From: Ostrea edulis
Lineage: Eukaryota
Length of the DNA: 64,000 nt
Reading direction: 5' to 3'
Assembly: GCF_947568905.1 (NCBI RefSeq)
Contig: NC_079168.1
Location: 57,660,001 to 57,724,000 of the forward strand
The notes below the pieces were generated by a model. That model did no database searches. It was not told where the DNA came from and worked only from the letters and a program-made list of their open reading frames with translations. Both the position numbers and the translations under genes were made by a program. Of the stretch, positions 61,806 to 64,000 are shown piece by piece (position 1 is the first letter of the stretch; the number at the start of each line of letters is the position of its first letter).

Positions 61806-64000
61806 ATGCCACGAGTGAAATCTAAGAAAGCCAAGGACGCATTGCGAGCAACAGGTGCAATAAATTCAGCAGGGCGAGCAACAAATCGGAGGTCAAAAAG
61901 GTCGGAAGAGTTTGACGCAGACCTAGAACTCGGGAATATCGAGAAGGATGGTGTCCAACCCCCAACATCTACAGCTGCATGTGTTCAACCTTCAACCACC
62001 ACACCTGCATGTAGCTCTGATATTGGGAATACCAATAGTGATTTGGAAGGTACACCTCAAATGCTACCAAGTATAACACAACAGTTGGCAGTAAATGTGT
62101 CACAAAATATTAAATCAAAAATTTTAAGTTCAGCTTATGTAGACCTTGCATTGCTACTTCACAATACTAATGCATTTCCCTCAGAAAAATCTATCTACAT
62201 AAATGAAAACGGGGAACTGGTCCCAAGGGAAACTACAAAACCATCTGTCAAAATCAATAGCATTGAAAAATGGACAGATGCTTTTATTATATATAGCAGC
62301 ATCTACTCTGCAGTTCACCTTGATTCTGTGCAGGGATTATTCAAATATATGCACGATGTTAGGTTGGGAGCATCCAGAGTTGGGGGTCTGGGTTTCAAAA
62401 ACTATGACGAGCAATTCCGTCTTCGTCGTAGCCTTAATCCAACAATTCCATGGGGAAATGTAGATAATTAATTGTGGCTTATTTACATGTGCCCAACAAA
62501 TGCACTTCAAACCCCATCCACAGTCCCCTCTATGTCAACATACACATGTTTTGATTTCAATTATAAGGGGGTTTGTGTTCGTCCAATATGTTCCTACAAT
62601 CATGTGTGCATCAACTGTCGAGGTAACCATCCAGTATCGCAGTGCCCTCGGGCATTTTCATACCTTCAAGCTCAAAATCAATCGGGGAATTATGGGTATA
62701 ATAATGCTCAGGTAAATGCTATACGACCTACCCCCCCCCCCCCCCCCCCACATCAGTTGCTCCCATTTGTTTTCGTCCCCGAGCACCACAGACATCAAAC
62801 CTCCCAAGGCATCACTTGCCCAACACTAAATATCATTACGCGTATTCCAATAAACCTGTGGGATTTGGGAAAAACACCAATTAAAGTTGACAGGTTAATT
62901 TGCAGTCTTGAAGCATACCCAAATAAAACTGAAGCACTTGAATTAAAACAGGGATTTACTGAGGGATTTAGATTACATTACAATGGACCAAGAATTAATT
63001 CCATTTCAAAAAATTTAATATCAGCCACTGACCATCGTGAGGAATTGCTAGATAAAGTTTGGAAAGAGGTAGAGTTGGGTAGAATTATGGGCCCTTTTCT
63101 TGATATTCCTTTAGCTCCATATTTCACCTGTAGGAGTAGTACCAAAATCTGATGGGGAGTGGCGTATGATTATGCACCTTTCATATCCAAACTTCAAAAG
63201 TATAGATCACTTTATAGACCCAGCTATATGTTCTGTCCATTACTCATCATTTGACAATGTGGTTGAAATGATAGGTAATCTCGGAAAAGGGCCTTGCTTG
63301 GTAATGTAGATATCAAAAGTGCTTTCAGATTAATTCCTGTGAACCCAAGTGACTTTGATTTATTGGGATTTTCAATTGATTCTGTATTTTACATAGATAA
63401 GTGTTTACCTATGGGGTGCTCGATAAGTTGCAAGATTTGGGAGACTTTTGCTACATTTCTGCATTGGTTAGATTCATTGGATCACTATCTGGATGACTTT
63501 ATTTTTGCTGGAAGGTTAGGATCAAACAATTGTCAAAAACTCATGTCAAGAGTTTATAAATTTGTGTACTGAGCTTGAGGAGAGGAGAAAACCATTGGTC
63601 CTATTTCTGTACTTACTTTTCTTGGATTAGAAATTGATACAATTAATATGCTCATAAAAATCCCTCAGTCAAAACTGGAAATTCTGGAACAAATTATACA
63701 AGATTTTTTGGCAAGGAAATCGGTTTTATTGAAGGAACTAGAATCATTAGTAGGAATGTTGAATTTCTTTGGAAAAGCAATAAGGTCAAGCAGGGCATTC
63801 AATCGCAGATTTTATGATGCCATGAGTTGTGCTTCAGAAGCCCACCATCATATAAGATTATCGACTGAGTTGAAGGAGGATTTATACATGTGGTCTAGGT
63901 TTCTAGAACAGTTCAATGGGATTTCATATTTTCCAGCTAAAGAGTGGATAAGTTCTGATGTTCTAAAATTATACACAGATAATGCAGGAAGTGCAGAGCT
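61806..64000 (+). mobile_element. DIRS/Ngaro tyrosine-recombinase retrotransposon (gag-like ORF plus RT/RNase H), disrupted; continues beyond the window
   Basis: WTDAFIIY...YDEQFR..., zinc knuckle CFDFN...C...HVC..C.G.H...C; overlapping pol frame GF..GFRL.Y, KEV.LGRIMGPF, DIKSAFRLIPV, LPMGCS.SC, HYLDDF, LYTDNAGS; premature TAA at 62469 and frameshifts. Confidence 0.88.

Overview
AT-rich, repeat-dense animal genomic DNA, most likely an oyster (Ostreidae) or related bivalve; this is inferred from the gene family and repeat types. The left 39 kb is a tandem array of five minus-strand paralogues, named here A1 (partial, 1-898), B1, A2, B2 and C. They encode secreted, silk-like Ala/Gly/Asn-rich proteins resembling the oyster shell-matrix protein Shelk2. 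Each copy has the same layout: TATA box, ~48-nt non-coding exon, one intron ending immediately before the ATG, and a single coding exon; the four complete copies also have a conserved 3' UTR and AATAAA. A 118-bp promoter block is almost invariant across all five. The A+B pair is duplicated as a ~15-16 kb unit, with signs of gene conversion and poly-Ala slippage. The rest holds Naiad-type Penelope-like fragments, SINEs, TTAA- and 9-bp-TSD MITEs, a mariner pseudogene, an RTE 3' end, two tyrosine-recombinase (DIRS/Ngaro) retroelement remnants, minisatellites, a large exon of a class-B/Methuselah-like 7TM receptor and a cluster of four RFX X-box motifs. Coordinates of repeats and all sequence comparisons were made by eye and are approximate.
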